A model generated the notes under the pieces. It saw only the letters and a list, made by a program, of their open reading frames with translations. It was not told the DNA's origin and searched no databases. The translations under genes and the position numbers were made by a program. A DNA stretch of 64,000 nt, taken from positions 224,656 to 288,655 of the forward strand of contig JAOPTT010000006.1 of assembly GCA_051531975.1 (NCBI GenBank), written 5' to 3'. This DNA is from Spirochaetaceae bacterium. Lineage in GTDB: Bacteria; Spirochaetota; Spirochaetia; DSM-2461. This document shows, piece after piece, positions 1 to 10,607 of the stretch. Position 1 is the stretch's first letter, and the number at the start of each line of letters is the position of its first letter.

Positions 1-1
1 A

Positions 2-154
2 AATGGGCAATATTCTATCAACAAATTATTAAAAAAAATAAATACTAAATATATTGATCAAAGCATTACACAGAGTTTCTCTAAAGATTTGTTAATGTTT
101 AAGAATTTAAATACTTTATCTGATGTAGAAGAATTTCTTAAAAGTGGAGAATAA
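2..154 (+). CDS. mobA: 3' end of probable molybdenum cofactor guanylyltransferase (partial, runs off window)
   Basis: Manual translation of frame 2: ...DLLMFKNLNTLSDVEEFLKSGE*. FxNxNTxxD is the MobA C-terminal motif. Stop lies 2 nt before fdhD. Confidence 0.65.
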   Translation, partial: NGQYSINKLLKKINTKYIDQSITQSFSKDLLMFKNLNTLSDVEEFLKSGE

Positions 155-156
155 CT

Positions 157-948
157 ATGGATATTTATGAAACTAAATCAATAATAAAAGTTTTAGGAAA
201 TTCTAAGGAAATATTAGATGACGTGGTGGTTACAGAATATCCACTAACAATATATTTAAATAAAAATGAATTTGTAACTATACTTTGTACTCCTAAATCA
301 TTAAAAGAATTAACTATTGGTTTTTTAATTGGTGAAGGAATAATAGAGAATTTATCTGATATTAGTAATATTGATTTACATTTAGATCGAAATATTTCCT
401 GTGTTACACTTTCTGACAATATAAACATCGAAAACACACTCTCTAAAAAGGATATAAGAACAACAGGATGTGGTCGGGGATCAACTTTTAATCTATCAAT
501 TAATGAACTATCTAAACATAAATTAGAATTATCAGATGATTTAGTAATAAAAACATCAGATATAATCAGTAACATGAATACCTTTGTTAAAAAATCCGAT
601 CTGTTCAGACTTACTGGTGGGGTTCATAGTGTTATGTTAAGTGATAATAATAAAGAGTTGTTTTTTGAAGATGATATTGGTCGGCATAATGCTGTTGATA
701 AAATAATCGGAAATGCCTTGATTCAAAAAATCTCATTAAATAGTAATATACTCTTTACCAGTGGGCGTATTTCTAGTGAAATAATAATGAAAATTGCTAA
801 AGCAGGACTCCCAGTCATCATATCAAAATCAGCTCCTACATCTGTAGCAATTGAATTAGCAGAACACCTGAATATTACTCTAATTGGCTTTGCTAGAGGG
901 AAACGAATGAATATTTACACACATCCCCAGAGAGTATTAGTTGAATAA
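157..948 (+). CDS. fdhD: Formate dehydrogenase accessory sulfurtransferase FdhD
   Basis: Motifs TTGCG, TGGVH, EDDIGRHNAVDK, TSGRIS, SAPTS; GGAG RBS upstream. Confidence 0.95.
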   Translation: MDIYETKSIIKVLGNSKEILDDVVVTEYPLTIYLNKNEFVTILCTPKSLKELTIGFLIGEGIIENLSDISNIDLHLDRNISCVTLSDNINIENTLSKKDIRTTGCGRGSTFNLSINELSKHKLELSDDLVIKTSDIISNMNTFVKKSDLFRLTGGVHSVMLSDNNKELFFEDDIGRHNAVDKIIGNALIQKISLNSNILFTSGRISSEIIMKIAKAGLPVIISKSAPTSVAIELAEHLNITLIGFARGKRMNIYTHPQRVLVE

Positions 949-949
949 T

Positions 950-2188
950 TTAGATTATGGAAGCTCTTCTTATAGGCATGCTCATACATCGTGGACCACC
1001 TCGACCTCTAACTAGCTCAGAACCTTCTATTTCAACAACTTCAATATTATTGTTTCTAAGAGTTTCATTAGAAGCTTGATTTCTTCTGTAAGTTACAACT
1101 GTTCCTGGTGCAATAGCCAGTGTGTTTGTACTATCGTTCCACTGTTCTCTGGCGGCTGTTATTTTATCACCACCACCGCTATCCAGTAGTATAACATCTT
1201 CTCTACCCAATGCTTCATTTAATGCAACTTTAAGGTTATCTTTTGGTGTAATTTTTAATGTACCTATTCCCTTAAGTGCAGGGGTTATCTTAAATATTTT
1301 AAGTTCATCTTTGATACCTGGGAAAATAGTGAATTTATTACGATCAAGCATTGTAAAAACTGTGTCGAGGTGCATATATGCTCTTTTTACAGGTATTTGA
1401 ATTACAAGAACCTCTTTAACTTTTGATTCTCCATTAAATAAGTTTTCAGCAAGTTTTTCAATTGCACCTGGGGATGTTCTTGAACTACATCCAACAATTA
1501 TGGCTTTTTCGCTTAATACAAGAATGTCGCCTCCTTCAATTGAATCGACATTGTTATAATCATACCATAATCCAGCAAAAGATCCCTTTATATCCCTGTG
1601 ATACCTGTTTATATACGCTAGAATCATTGTTTCTCTGTTTCTCGCGAGAGTTTTCATGGAATTGATTGAAATACCATTTCCTATAACCGCTCCTGGATCT
1701 CTTGTAAAATACAGATTTGGGATTGGATTAATATAATAAGGGTAATCATCAGTAATGTAATACGATAGACTTCTGTTGCCAATTTTGTAATCGATTTCAT
1801 TTTTATGAAGTCCTGCAATAAGTATCTCTGTCAGTTCCTTTGGATTTCTTGATTTTAAATATTCAACAATAGCTTCATTCTCTTTTAGTTTTGCTATTCC
1901 GGTGAAATTGGTTATTTCAGATATTATTTTATTTTTTACGTGGTCTTCTTTTAAAATATCTTGGAGCAATTTCTCATAATAATAAACTTGACATCCTCTA
2001 TTCCGGAGAGTATCGGCAAATAAGTCGTGTTCTTCCTGCATTTTACCAAGCCATGGTATATCATCGAAGAGAAGTTCTTCCAGATACTGAGGAGTTAGTT
2101 TTTCTAGTTCTTTACCGGGTCTATGCAGAAGGACAGCTTCAAGTTTTCCCACTTCTGATTTTATGTTATAGAAAGGCATATCGTTCAT
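950..2188 (-). CDS. arcA: Arginine deiminase
   Basis: SEVGKL..VLLHRPG, LLFDDIP, NLYFTRD, IEGGD, MHLDTV, GRGGPRCMS (catalytic Cys). Confidence 0.97.
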   Translation of the reverse strand: MNDMPFYNIKSEVGKLEAVLLHRPGKELEKLTPQYLEELLFDDIPWLGKMQEEHDLFADTLRNRGCQVYYYEKLLQDILKEDHVKNKIISEITNFTGIAKLKENEAIVEYLKSRNPKELTEILIAGLHKNEIDYKIGNRSLSYYITDDYPYYINPIPNLYFTRDPGAVIGNGISINSMKTLARNRETMILAYINRYHRDIKGSFAGLWYDYNNVDSIEGGDILVLSEKAIIVGCSSRTSPGAIEKLAENLFNGESKVKEVLVIQIPVKRAYMHLDTVFTMLDRNKFTIFPGIKDELKIFKITPALKGIGTLKITPKDNLKVALNEALGREDVILLDSGGGDKITAAREQWNDSTNTLAIAPGTVVTYRRNQASNETLRNNNIEVVEIEGSELVRGRGGPRCMSMPIRRASII

Positions 2189-2386
2189 AACGTTTATCCT
2201 TATTGTTATTTTTATATAGTAATAATATCTTTTGATTGATCAATTTACAATAAAATATCAATAATTTCTTCTTTAACTCCAGGAAAATTTAAATGATAGA
2301 TTTTGATAGATCACTCATATATACCCCAAATGATACAGCTGGTGTAACACCGTATAATTTTGATGTCATATTTTAAGAAAAATAAA

Positions 2387-5300
2387 TTATAGTGATAACT
2401 TTTCCAAAATCCTTTTATTTATATCGTTACAAGTTGTAAAATTATACTTTCCTATAGCTGATTTTAACTCTTTAAGATCTTGATTCAGGTCATCTGTTAA
2501 TTTGTATTTCATAATCAATTCAAGCTGTTTCTTAATATTATTGGGTCTCCTGCTTAATATCTGTTTTTTAAGTTCATGAAATAGTAATATAAGATCACTG
2601 TTTGAAATAGTTTTTTCTGGAGATACCTCGATATTTTCTTGTGTTAAATTCACAAAATTTAGTGAATTAATTAGTGATTCTAATTCACTATTAAAATCTA
2701 TAAGTTCTTCTTTGAAATCTGTTTTATTTTTTAATAATCCTTCAAGCTTTTGTGAAGATTCAGTTAGAGATATTGCTCCTATGTTTGCTGAAATACCTTT
2801 AATTGTATGGACCATTCTTACTGCGGTATTGTAGTCATCTATCTCTATAGCACTAGAAATATCCTTAGGTACATTTATATAATTATCTTTGAAATTAATA
2901 AGGAGTTTAATATATAAGTCTACATTCCCATTTAGGTGTGACAGACCTTCTTGGGTATTTAATCCTTCTATTTGGGGTATAACATTTATATCAATATCAG
3001 ATTTAATTGAGTGTCTATATGTTTCCGGTAGTATTCGCTTCCCGGCTTTTATGTATTTTATTAAAACTCTCCACAACTCTTCAGGAATAATAGGTTTAGA
3101 TACATAATCATTCATTCCAGCATCTTTTACCTGTTCTCGTACACCAGTCATGGCATCTGCAGTCATAGCTACAATCGCAAGGTCTTCAAATTGCTCATTT
3201 TTCCTAATCTCTATAGTTGCCTCATACCCACCCATCCGTGGCATTTGCAGATCCATTAATACAAGATCATAATTTTTATTACCTATCGCATCTATCGCTT
3301 CAAAACCATCTTCTGCTATATCTACAATAAAGCCTTCACTTTCCAATGTTTCCATAGCAACCTGCTGATTTATTTTATTATCTTCAACAAGTAATAAGGT
3401 CGCTCCACGTATTAAATCCATTTCAGATATTGATATATCACTGTTATCTACACCTTGGTTTTCATCATTTATAGCCGACTCTAACTTTATAGTAAAATAG
3501 AAAGTACTACCTTCGCCATAAGTACTTTCCACACCAATCTCTCCGCCCATTAGTTCTGTAAGCTTTTTACTGATAGCAAGACCTAGTCCTGTGCCACCAT
3601 ACTCCCTAGTTGTTGAAGTATCAGCTTGTACAAATGATTGGAATAGTTTTGTCGTTTGATTATCTGTTAGTCCAATACCTGTATCAGTTACCTCAAACTT
3701 CATTGTTGTAATATTATCATTTATTTGGATTATTCTACTTTTAATTGTTATAGACCCTGAATTTGTAAATTTAATTGCATTGTTAGATAAGTTTAAGAGT
3801 ATCTGACTCAGTCTTAGTGGATCTCCTGAGAAATAAACATCCATATCTTTATCGTTATCAATAATAAGCTTTAAATTCTTAGTATGAACTTTGGGTATTA
3901 TCATCTCTTTTAGATCATGTATAACTGTAATAGGATTAAAATTTATTGTTTCAATATCTAATTTACCAGCTTCTATCTTTGAAAAATCAAGGATGTCATT
4001 AATAATACCTAGTAGATTATTAGCAGAGGAACCGATCTTTCCAACATAATCTGTTTGTTTCTCATTTAGTTCAGTTTTAGCTAATAATCTATCAAGTCCT
4101 ATTATCGCATTCATAGGTGTTCTTATTTCGTGACTCATATTTGCTAAGAAATCACTTTTTGATTTAGTTGCATCTTCAGCAATCTTTTTTGCATATTCTA
4201 ATTGTTCCGTATGTTGAATTTGCTTTTCAACTTCCATAAATGAACTGGCAAACCTCATTGTTAAGACAATCGACTGGAATATTATAAAGGTTAATAGACC
4301 ATAGGATATTAGATTAGATGAGTGGATGATACCTGCAGCAAAGAGAATGTCATTGATTATTGCTAAAAACATCGCTGTAAATCCTATAAGGATTAATAAA
4401 GCTGTTTTATCATTATTGATTAAGTTTTTTATCAATATAAATAGAACATAAATACCTGATGATAGTGTCGTAATTTGAAAAAATGGAATTAAATATGAGC
4501 TTATTGAAACTGATGAAACAATTGTAAAAATTGAAAAAGATATACTGATAACAAATACTATTTTTATAAGTTTTTTTAAGAAGTTATCTCTAAAAATGAA
4601 ATAGGTGAATAGTAGAAAAAGAGGTATAGCTGCAAAAAATGATATATACTCAATGTTTACTAGGATTTTCCATGGGAAGTTTGGAATAAGTTTTAATAGT
4701 AGAATATCCCCTGTTACAAATATTCGCACGACTATCACAAAACAATAAATAGAGAAAAACAGAGCCTCTTTCCCTTTTTTATGGATGAAAGAGAGGGCTA
4801 GATAGTATATTCCCATAATCACAATTGCTCCGATAAAAAATATATCTTTATCTCTTTTAGATTGAATAAATGATCTTATATTCTGTTCTGATCCTAGTGT
4901 TAGTGTTTCCCACATGCCACCCTGACGGTAATTATAATTGGATATTTTAACTATAATTTCAATATTCTCAGATTCTGGTCTAAAGGTTATTAAGTGTTGT
5001 TTATATCCTGGAATACTATTTAGTTTATCTTTTCCTATTTTACCAGAGCTACTTTTTAATTCTCCATTAATATATATTTCAGCAGAAGTTTGTAAGTAGG
5101 TTGCTGTAAGAGATAGGTTCTTTATATCTTTATCAATAAGTATATTAATTCTGTAAGTTGCATATCCATCACCCTTTAATTCTTCACCTTTATAATTATA
5201 ACCGTTCCATGTATCAGGAAGATAAAAAAACTGAATATTAGAATATGACGGATTGAATTCACCCCAATAAAATTCCCAGTCTCCTACTAATTCGATAGGT

Positions 5301-5443
5301 TTTTCATTATCGAAATCCCAATTTATTAAATCAATTACTCCCGTTTCGACTGTAGGAGCAGTATTTGAATTTAGACTTTTATTACATGTAGATAATATTG
5401 AGACAAATATAATAATTAGAGAAAATTTGAATGTTTTATGCAT
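2387..5443 (-). CDS. Hybrid sensor histidine kinase (7TM-DISM-type sensor, HisKA, HATPase, REC, Hpt)
   Basis: Extracellular L.GDWEFYW...GYATYR domain, multiple TM helices, [36 protein letters not shown]. Start moved from 5461 to ATG 5443 because a TTGACT-16-TATACT promoter covers the upstream codons. Confidence 0.92.
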   Translation of the reverse strand: MHKTFKFSLIIIFVSILSTCNKSLNSNTAPTVETGVIDLINWDFDNEKPIELVGDWEFYWGEFNPSYSNIQFFYLPDTWNGYNYKGEELKGDGYATYRINILIDKDIKNLSLTATYLQTSAEIYINGELKSSSGKIGKDKLNSIPGYKQHLITFRPESENIEIIVKISNYNYRQGGMWETLTLGSEQNIRSFIQSKRDKDIFFIGAIVIMGIYYLALSFIHKKGKEALFFSIYCFVIVVRIFVTGDILLLKLIPNFPWKILVNIEYISFFAAIPLFLLFTYFIFRDNFLKKLIKIVFVISISFSIFTIVSSVSISSYLIPFFQITTLSSGIYVLFILIKNLINNDKTALLILIGFTAMFLAIINDILFAAGIIHSSNLISYGLLTFIIFQSIVLTMRFASSFMEVEKQIQHTEQLEYAKKIAEDATKSKSDFLANMSHEIRTPMNAIIGLDRLLAKTELNEKQTDYVGKIGSSANNLLGIINDILDFSKIEAGKLDIETINFNPITVIHDLKEMIIPKVHTKNLKLIIDNDKDMDVYFSGDPLRLSQILLNLSNNAIKFTNSGSITIKSRIIQINDNITTMKFEVTDTGIGLTDNQTTKLFQSFVQADTSTTREYGGTGLGLAISKKLTELMGGEIGVESTYGEGSTFYFTIKLESAINDENQGVDNSDISISEMDLIRGATLLLVEDNKINQQVAMETLESEGFIVDIAEDGFEAIDAIGNKNYDLVLMDLQMPRMGGYEATIEIRKNEQFEDLAIVAMTADAMTGVREQVKDAGMNDYVSKPIIPEELWRVLIKYIKAGKRILPETYRHSIKSDIDINVIPQIEGLNTQEGLSHLNGNVDLYIKLLINFKDNYINVPKDISSAIEIDDYNTAVRMVHTIKGISANIGAISLTESSQKLEGLLKNKTDFKEELIDFNSELESLINSLNFVNLTQENIEVSPEKTISNSDLILLFHELKKQILSRRPNNIKKQLELIMKYKLTDDLNQDLKELKSAIGKYNFTTCNDINKRILEKLSL

Positions 5444-5656
5444 ATTTATAAAGTATAACACTTAGAATTTTTAAGTCAATTATATTTACTTGGTTCGTTA
5501 AAGGATTAAAAAAGAACCATTTGCCATGAAAGAAATTGTTTCGAATCATAAAAATTATTATTTTATTAAAGTGGAATTAATATAAAACTAATTTTTTGTT
5601 TTCAAATCCTTATTACTGTCTATTGTTATATTTGTATCTAAACGATAATATTAATT

Positions 5657-6322
5657 ATGAAATATTTAGTAGATACAGCAAATTTAGAAAAGTTAGAGAA
5701 AATCTATAATTATTTTCCTATAAGTGGAGTTACTACAAATCCTACAATAATTAAAGATTCTGGTATGAAATTAAGTCAAGCAATAAATTCAATCCTTAAG
5801 ATTGTTGGTGATAGTTCCATACATATTCAGGTCATGAGTGAAACTTGTGAAGATATTGTAAAAGAAGCAAAAAAGTATAAATCATATTTTGATTTAGGTG
5901 ATAACTACTATACTAAGATTCCAATTACTCTAGAAGGATTGAAGGCAATAAAAATTTGTAAGGATTCTGGGATGAATGTTACAGCAACAGCTATTTTTAC
6001 TCAGCAGCAAGCTTTATTAGCAGCTAAAGCTGGTGCAGATTATGTTGCTCCTTACGTCAGTCGTTTGGATAATATAGCTTCTCATGGTATAGATGTTGTT
6101 CGGGATATTGCAATCAACATGTCAGATTTTAATCTAAATACTCAGGTTCTTGCAGCAAGTTTTAAAACAGTGGATCAGATCTATAGAATTAGTATGGCTG
6201 GGTGTCACTCGGCTACAATTAACCCAGAATTATTATTACAATTATTACACCATCCAATGACAGATATTAGTATCGAAAAATTCTTAGAAGATGGAAAGGG
6301 AATATACGATATTTCTATTTAA
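5657..6322 (+). CDS. fsa: Fructose-6-phosphate aldolase (transaldolase family)
   Basis: GVTTNPT, TKIP (Schiff-base Lys), LAASFK. Gln in HIQV and Tyr in YVAPYV indicate the FSA type rather than transaldolase. Confidence 0.85.
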   Translation: MKYLVDTANLEKLEKIYNYFPISGVTTNPTIIKDSGMKLSQAINSILKIVGDSSIHIQVMSETCEDIVKEAKKYKSYFDLGDNYYTKIPITLEGLKAIKICKDSGMNVTATAIFTQQQALLAAKAGADYVAPYVSRLDNIASHGIDVVRDIAINMSDFNLNTQVLAASFKTVDQIYRISMAGCHSATINPELLLQLLHHPMTDISIEKFLEDGKGIYDISI

Positions 6323-6346
6323 CATTTATTAAAACATAATAGTTTA

Positions 6347-6375
6347 AAAGAGCAATAATAGTATTATTGCTCTTT
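6347..6375. terminator. Bidirectional hairpin between convergent fsa and DUF302 genes
   Basis: Perfect inverted repeat AAAGAGCAATAATA-G-TATTATTGCTCTTT. Confidence 0.7.
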
Positions 6376-6768
6376 ATATAATCTTATATTTTCAATTACT
6401 CTTTCTAATCTAGATTCAATAGCAGGTGCAATTTTATTTAGCTCCTCGTTTTCTACTGAAGACATAGCTACGGTAGGTTTAATAATAGATACTGAAGTTC
6501 CACCATCTTTTTCAAATAGAATAACATTGCATGGTAATAGTAGTCCTATATTTTCTTCTGCTCTAACAGAATCGTATGCATCTTGAGGACTACATGCTCC
6601 TAATATAAAATATTTTTTAAAAATAATTCCAAGTTTATCCTTAAATTTTTCACTCATATCTACTGTACTAACTATTCCAAAACCTTCTTCTTTTAATTTT
6701 GAAATTACGAAATCCATACTAGATTCAATATCTTTTTCTAGATATGCTTCAAAACCATATTTAATCAT
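6364..6768 (-). CDS. DUF302 domain protein
   Basis: LKEEGFGI, Y.ILGAC.P, IGLLLPCNV motifs; GGAGG RBS. Confidence 0.9.
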   Translation of the reverse strand: MIKYGFEAYLEKDIESSMDFVISKLKEEGFGIVSTVDMSEKFKDKLGIIFKKYFILGACSPQDAYDSVRAEENIGLLLPCNVILFEKDGGTSVSIIKPTVAMSSVENEELNKIAPAIESRLERVIENIRLYKEQ

Positions 6769-6781
6769 ATCACCTCCGAGT

Positions 6782-6803
6782 AATTACATGTATACATTTA
6801 ATT
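6782..6803. promoter_or_regulatory. Near-perfect palindrome, probable repressor operator for the DUF302 gene
   Basis: AATTACATGTATACATTTAATT, 20/22 symmetric, directly upstream of the RBS. Confidence 0.5.
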
Positions 6804-7007
6804 GTAGTAGAGTTCGGTATTAAAGTATAAAAATTTTTTTATCAATTTAAATATATTTTTTACTTATAGGAATTTTAAGATGGACTAAGAACTGATATAT
6901 ATGAACAGGATTAAAGTGTTACATGATTAATAGAAATATAATTGTGATTAACTATTACTTGTTTTTGATCTGAATTCAAATACAATTATATATAGAGGCT
7001 AATTAAA

Positions 7008-7766
7008 ATGAATAGATTAATAATAATTTCATTCGTTTTCTATTTAATGACAACATTTTGCTTTTCTCAATCAGAAATCATATTTAGAGTTTCAGAGCAT
7101 CCACCATACTATTTTTTAGAAGATGGTAAATGGACAGGTCTATCTGTTGAATTGATAAACATACTGCTTATAGAAGCTGGATATTCCATAACTTACAAAA
7201 ATATTCCATGGAAGCGTGCACTTGTAGATATAAAACTTGGAAATATTGATGCAATGGCTAATTTATCAATAACAGAAGAGAGAGAAGAGTTTATACATTT
7301 TATTGGGCCACAAATGGATGAATCAATGGTTCTTTTTCTTCCCCAAAAATCAGAATATACTATTACTAATTTTGATGATATAAAAAAAATATCTGGAAAA
7401 ATTGGAATTCAATTAGGAGTTTATTATGGAGAAGAATTTAGTAAAAAGTTTGATTCAGATTTAGAATTTCAAAAAAAGTTTGTTATAATTAAAGACGGAA
7501 GTATGTATGGGGTGTTATATAAAAACAGCCGTTTGATAGGGTTTATAATTAATAGATATGTATTTTATTACAACCAGTTTTTAAATGATGAATATAAGGA
7601 TTTGAAGGAGCATTCTTTTGTAATAAATGAGGATTTAATTTATTTTGGTTTTAGTAAAAATAATTTTTCAGAAGATGAGATTATTAAATTACAGAAAGTA
7701 CATAATAAAATTATGCAGAGAGGAGATTATAAAAAAATATTAAATAAATATAGGGGTTTTAAATAA
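7008..7766 (+). CDS. Periplasmic substrate-binding protein, family 3
   Basis: Signal peptide; HPPY, G..VEL, PWKRAL, G.ID, ITEERE motifs. Confidence 0.85.
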   Translation: MNRLIIISFVFYLMTTFCFSQSEIIFRVSEHPPYYFLEDGKWTGLSVELINILLIEAGYSITYKNIPWKRALVDIKLGNIDAMANLSITEEREEFIHFIGPQMDESMVLFLPQKSEYTITNFDDIKKISGKIGIQLGVYYGEEFSKKFDSDLEFQKKFVIIKDGSMYGVLYKNSRLIGFIINRYVFYYNQFLNDEYKDLKEHSFVINEDLIYFGFSKNNFSEDEIIKLQKVHNKIMQRGDYKKILNKYRGFK

Positions 7767-7768
7767 AA

Positions 7769-8365
7769 TTATATTTTTCTTAAAACAATATTAAACAGAT
7801 GCCAATGCTTTTCAGAACCATCCGCTATTAGACCTTTCTCATCAACTTCTTTATAATATTCAGGAATATAGTTCACAATAAGATCATCAATTTCTTCATT
7901 TGTAAAAAATGACATCTCTTGAATATTGGCCCAGTCATCATTTTCACCAAATATTTGTCCTGAGAAAACACCATTGCTTTTTAGACCTTTATAAATATCA
8001 TCCCATATTTTTATAAAATCTGATTTTTTGCAAAAAGGTAATGAAAATGTTGCATTAATTAAATTATATGAATTATTTGTTATAGTGAAGTTTTGCATAA
8101 ATGTATGTTCTAGAGTTAAACTTTTTTTTAGCTTTTTTGATACTTTATTTTTTATAATATCTATGGAATTTTTTTCTTGATCCAATGCTGTAACTTTAAA
8201 ACCTTGTTCTAACAGATGCAAAGCATCACTTCCAGTACCAGAACCAATATCTAATGCGCATTTATTAGGTTGATCTTTAATTAGTTTTGCTGCAAATACA
8301 AGTGTTTCATTTGGTTCTTTATCAATCGTATTTTTAAAATAATCGCTCCAAGGGCTTTTTTTCAA
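7769..8365 (-). CDS. Class I SAM-dependent methyltransferase (TehB-like)
   Basis: ALDIGSGTG motif I, VTALD, LKSNG; TTG start with AGGAG RBS. Confidence 0.88.
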   Translation of the reverse strand: MKKSPWSDYFKNTIDKEPNETLVFAAKLIKDQPNKCALDIGSGTGSDALHLLEQGFKVTALDQEKNSIDIIKNKVSKKLKKSLTLEHTFMQNFTITNNSYNLINATFSLPFCKKSDFIKIWDDIYKGLKSNGVFSGQIFGENDDWANIQEMSFFTNEEIDDLIVNYIPEYYKEVDEKGLIADGSEKHWHLFNIVLRKI

Positions 8366-8558
8366 TAGTATCTCCTAATAAGCAGACTATAACACATTAA
8401 AAGTTTTTATTACAAACCTTCAAAGTATTGTCTGGAAATCAAATTATATATTGTTCTCATTCTCAATTAAGTACAAATAACATGTAAAATATTAACCAAT
8501 TATTATATGACCTTGTGCCCATTGGATCTTATAGGTTTAAAGGCACAAGATTTGATGT

Positions 8559-9230
8559 CTATTTTACTTCTATTTTTTTCTCTACCTTAAAACCTTTAAT
8601 TATTAACCATATACTAAGGTATAATTCAAATAATCCACCAGGAATGTTTAATAACATACTTAATTCAAAACCAAAAAGTTCACTTAATGATCCTATAATA
8701 AAAATTATATAACCATAAAACCCCCATATAGAAATATATTTTGGTATGAGTTTTGATCTATATAATAGATGGGTAAAAAACAATCCACCGATCCCCCAAA
8801 TTGCCATACTAATATGATAAGAGTAAAAAGCACCTTGGTTTAAAATATGGGATATTGTATCTACATTTATAGAAGCAGCATTGGACTCAAATGATTCACT
8901 TAATGGAAGCAATAATATTGAAAATAGAGCCCTTATTATCATTATTACTGTTGAAGTTATAGCAAATGCTAAATAACCGTAGGCTGCACTGCTATTGTAT
9001 TTTTTTAATGTTGGAACCATAAGAAGAGGTAAAGCGATATTGGCTATTGTATGTATAAATGCTATTAACAATATTCCAATAATAAATTGACTTCTCTGGG
9101 TTGTTAGTAGATTCCAGACATCCCCAGATAGAGATATTGAATCTACTAAAAAAGATCCTAAACCGTAAGATATAAATGCCATAATAAATGAGATTCCAAA
9201 AAGTTTAGTTTTAATATTATTGTTTTGCAT
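8559..9230 (-). CDS. DUF4386-like multi-pass membrane protein
   Basis: About 6 TM segments; LYRSKLIP...WG..GY and PGGLFE...IWLIIKGF motifs. Confidence 0.8.
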   Translation of the reverse strand: MQNNNIKTKLFGISFIMAFISYGLGSFLVDSISLSGDVWNLLTTQRSQFIIGILLIAFIHTIANIALPLLMVPTLKKYNSSAAYGYLAFAITSTVIMIIRALFSILLLPLSESFESNAASINVDTISHILNQGAFYSYHISMAIWGIGGLFFTHLLYRSKLIPKYISIWGFYGYIIFIIGSLSELFGFELSMLLNIPGGLFELYLSIWLIIKGFKVEKKIEVK

Positions 9231-9294
9231 AATTTGCTCCTCTGTTTTAAAAGAAGTCTATTGCATATTTAGAATCTATATTTGATAGTTTGTG

Positions 9295-10188
9295 CTACTT
9301 TAAGGGAATTACATATTTAGTTTTAAAATTCCCTGTATATCGGTCTATAATATCTTCAAATAGTTCGTAATCGGTTCCTGAGCCTCTTTCATAACCAGAA
9401 TTGTATAACCAATATCCATAAATAAAGTCTACAGTCTTTTTAGCAATTTCATCGTCAACATTTGTAACTACATCAAAAACAGCCACTTTTTGTTTAGGTA
9501 TAATAAAACTTGTCATACCATGGGGTATTATATAAATTTTACTTACTGGGATACCTGCAATATATCTTAATAAATCTTCAGTATAAAATCCTGAAGGACT
9601 TATTGTTAATGCACATAGTTTAGAATTATCAGCACCTAATATCTCATTTTCCCTATCAAAAAGTTTAAACCAAGTCTCTCCAACAGATTCACAAATAGGA
9701 TCCAGAGTAGTAAAAGGGGATGGTACCGATGTTTCTAAACCTACAATATATTGTTTTGGTAAATCTACAATATGAGGTTTAAGATCCATACCATCAATTA
9801 GGTGAGTTAATAGTTCTTGGGATAGAACAGGTTTCTGGTTTGTTAATACCTTAGGCTTTACTTTTCTATATTGTTTTGGAGAATAATTAAAAAAGGCTTT
9901 AAAAGATCTAGTAAATGATTCATGGGAGTTAAAGCCCACTTCAAAAGCAATATCAATAATAGTTCTACTTGTAGTAGATAACAGTTCTGATGCTCTAGAT
10001 AGACGTCTACCTCTAATATATGAACCTATCGAATCACCAACTATACTCTTAAATAATCTCTGGAAATGCCATGGAGAAAGATCTAACTGTTTAGACAAAT
10101 CTAGGACATTAACTTTGTATGTTAAATTATTCTCAATTTCTTCAATTAGTTGAGAAATCATTTCCATATGTTTTTTTATACTGGTCAT
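9295..10188 (-). CDS. AraC family regulator with C-terminal GyrI-like effector domain
   Basis: SPWHFQRLFK, IIDIAFEVGF.SHESFTRSFK, C-terminal YGYWL..SGYER...DYELF. Confidence 0.93.
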   Translation of the reverse strand: MTSIKKHMEMISQLIEEIENNLTYKVNVLDLSKQLDLSPWHFQRLFKSIVGDSIGSYIRGRRLSRASELLSTTSRTIIDIAFEVGFNSHESFTRSFKAFFNYSPKQYRKVKPKVLTNQKPVLSQELLTHLIDGMDLKPHIVDLPKQYIVGLETSVPSPFTTLDPICESVGETWFKLFDRENEILGADNSKLCALTISPSGFYTEDLLRYIAGIPVSKIYIIPHGMTSFIIPKQKVAVFDVVTNVDDEIAKKTVDFIYGYWLYNSGYERGSGTDYELFEDIIDRYTGNFKTKYVIPLK

Positions 10189-10272
10189 ATTATGATTATA
10201 TAGTAATACATAATTTATTTCTTGATTTCTACTATATGAAATATAATAATTAGAATATAAAAGGATTATTTA

Positions 10273-10578
10273 ATGACAGATAAAAGAAAACATACAAGGT
10301 ATACAGTTATGTGTAAAGCTGAATGTATAAACACAGAAGTTACCGTTCTTGATATGAGTAGGGAAGGTATGAGAATTAAATCTTCTTTTAACTTGAATGA
10401 AAAAGGTGACATATCCTTTTGTATAATTTTACCTGACCTCGATATAATAAACATTGTAGGTGAAATTATGTGGAATAAAAAAATAGAAGATGATGAATTT
10501 TATTATGGTATTAAAATAAATAGTATTTTAGGTGAACATGAATCCTCATTCCTCTCATTTCTAAATGAACTAAAGTAG
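10273..10578 (+). CDS. Stand-alone PilZ domain (c-di-GMP receptor) protein
   Basis: RKHTR (RxxxR) and DMSREG (DxSxxG) motifs. Confidence 0.85.
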   Translation: MTDKRKHTRYTVMCKAECINTEVTVLDMSREGMRIKSSFNLNEKGDISFCIILPDLDIINIVGEIMWNKKIEDDEFYYGIKINSILGEHESSFLSFLNELK

Positions 10579-10607
10579 TTTTAATTAGAATATGGGATAT
10601 TTATATC

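Noticed and set aside
2231..2244. FNR/Crp box upstream of arcA (TTGATTGATCAA)
   Set aside because: Half-site spacing is 2 nt rather than the canonical 4, and the background is AT-rich.
5657..6322. Classical transaldolase (tal)
   Set aside because: Has the Gln/Tyr pair of FSA rather than the Glu/Phe pair of transaldolase.
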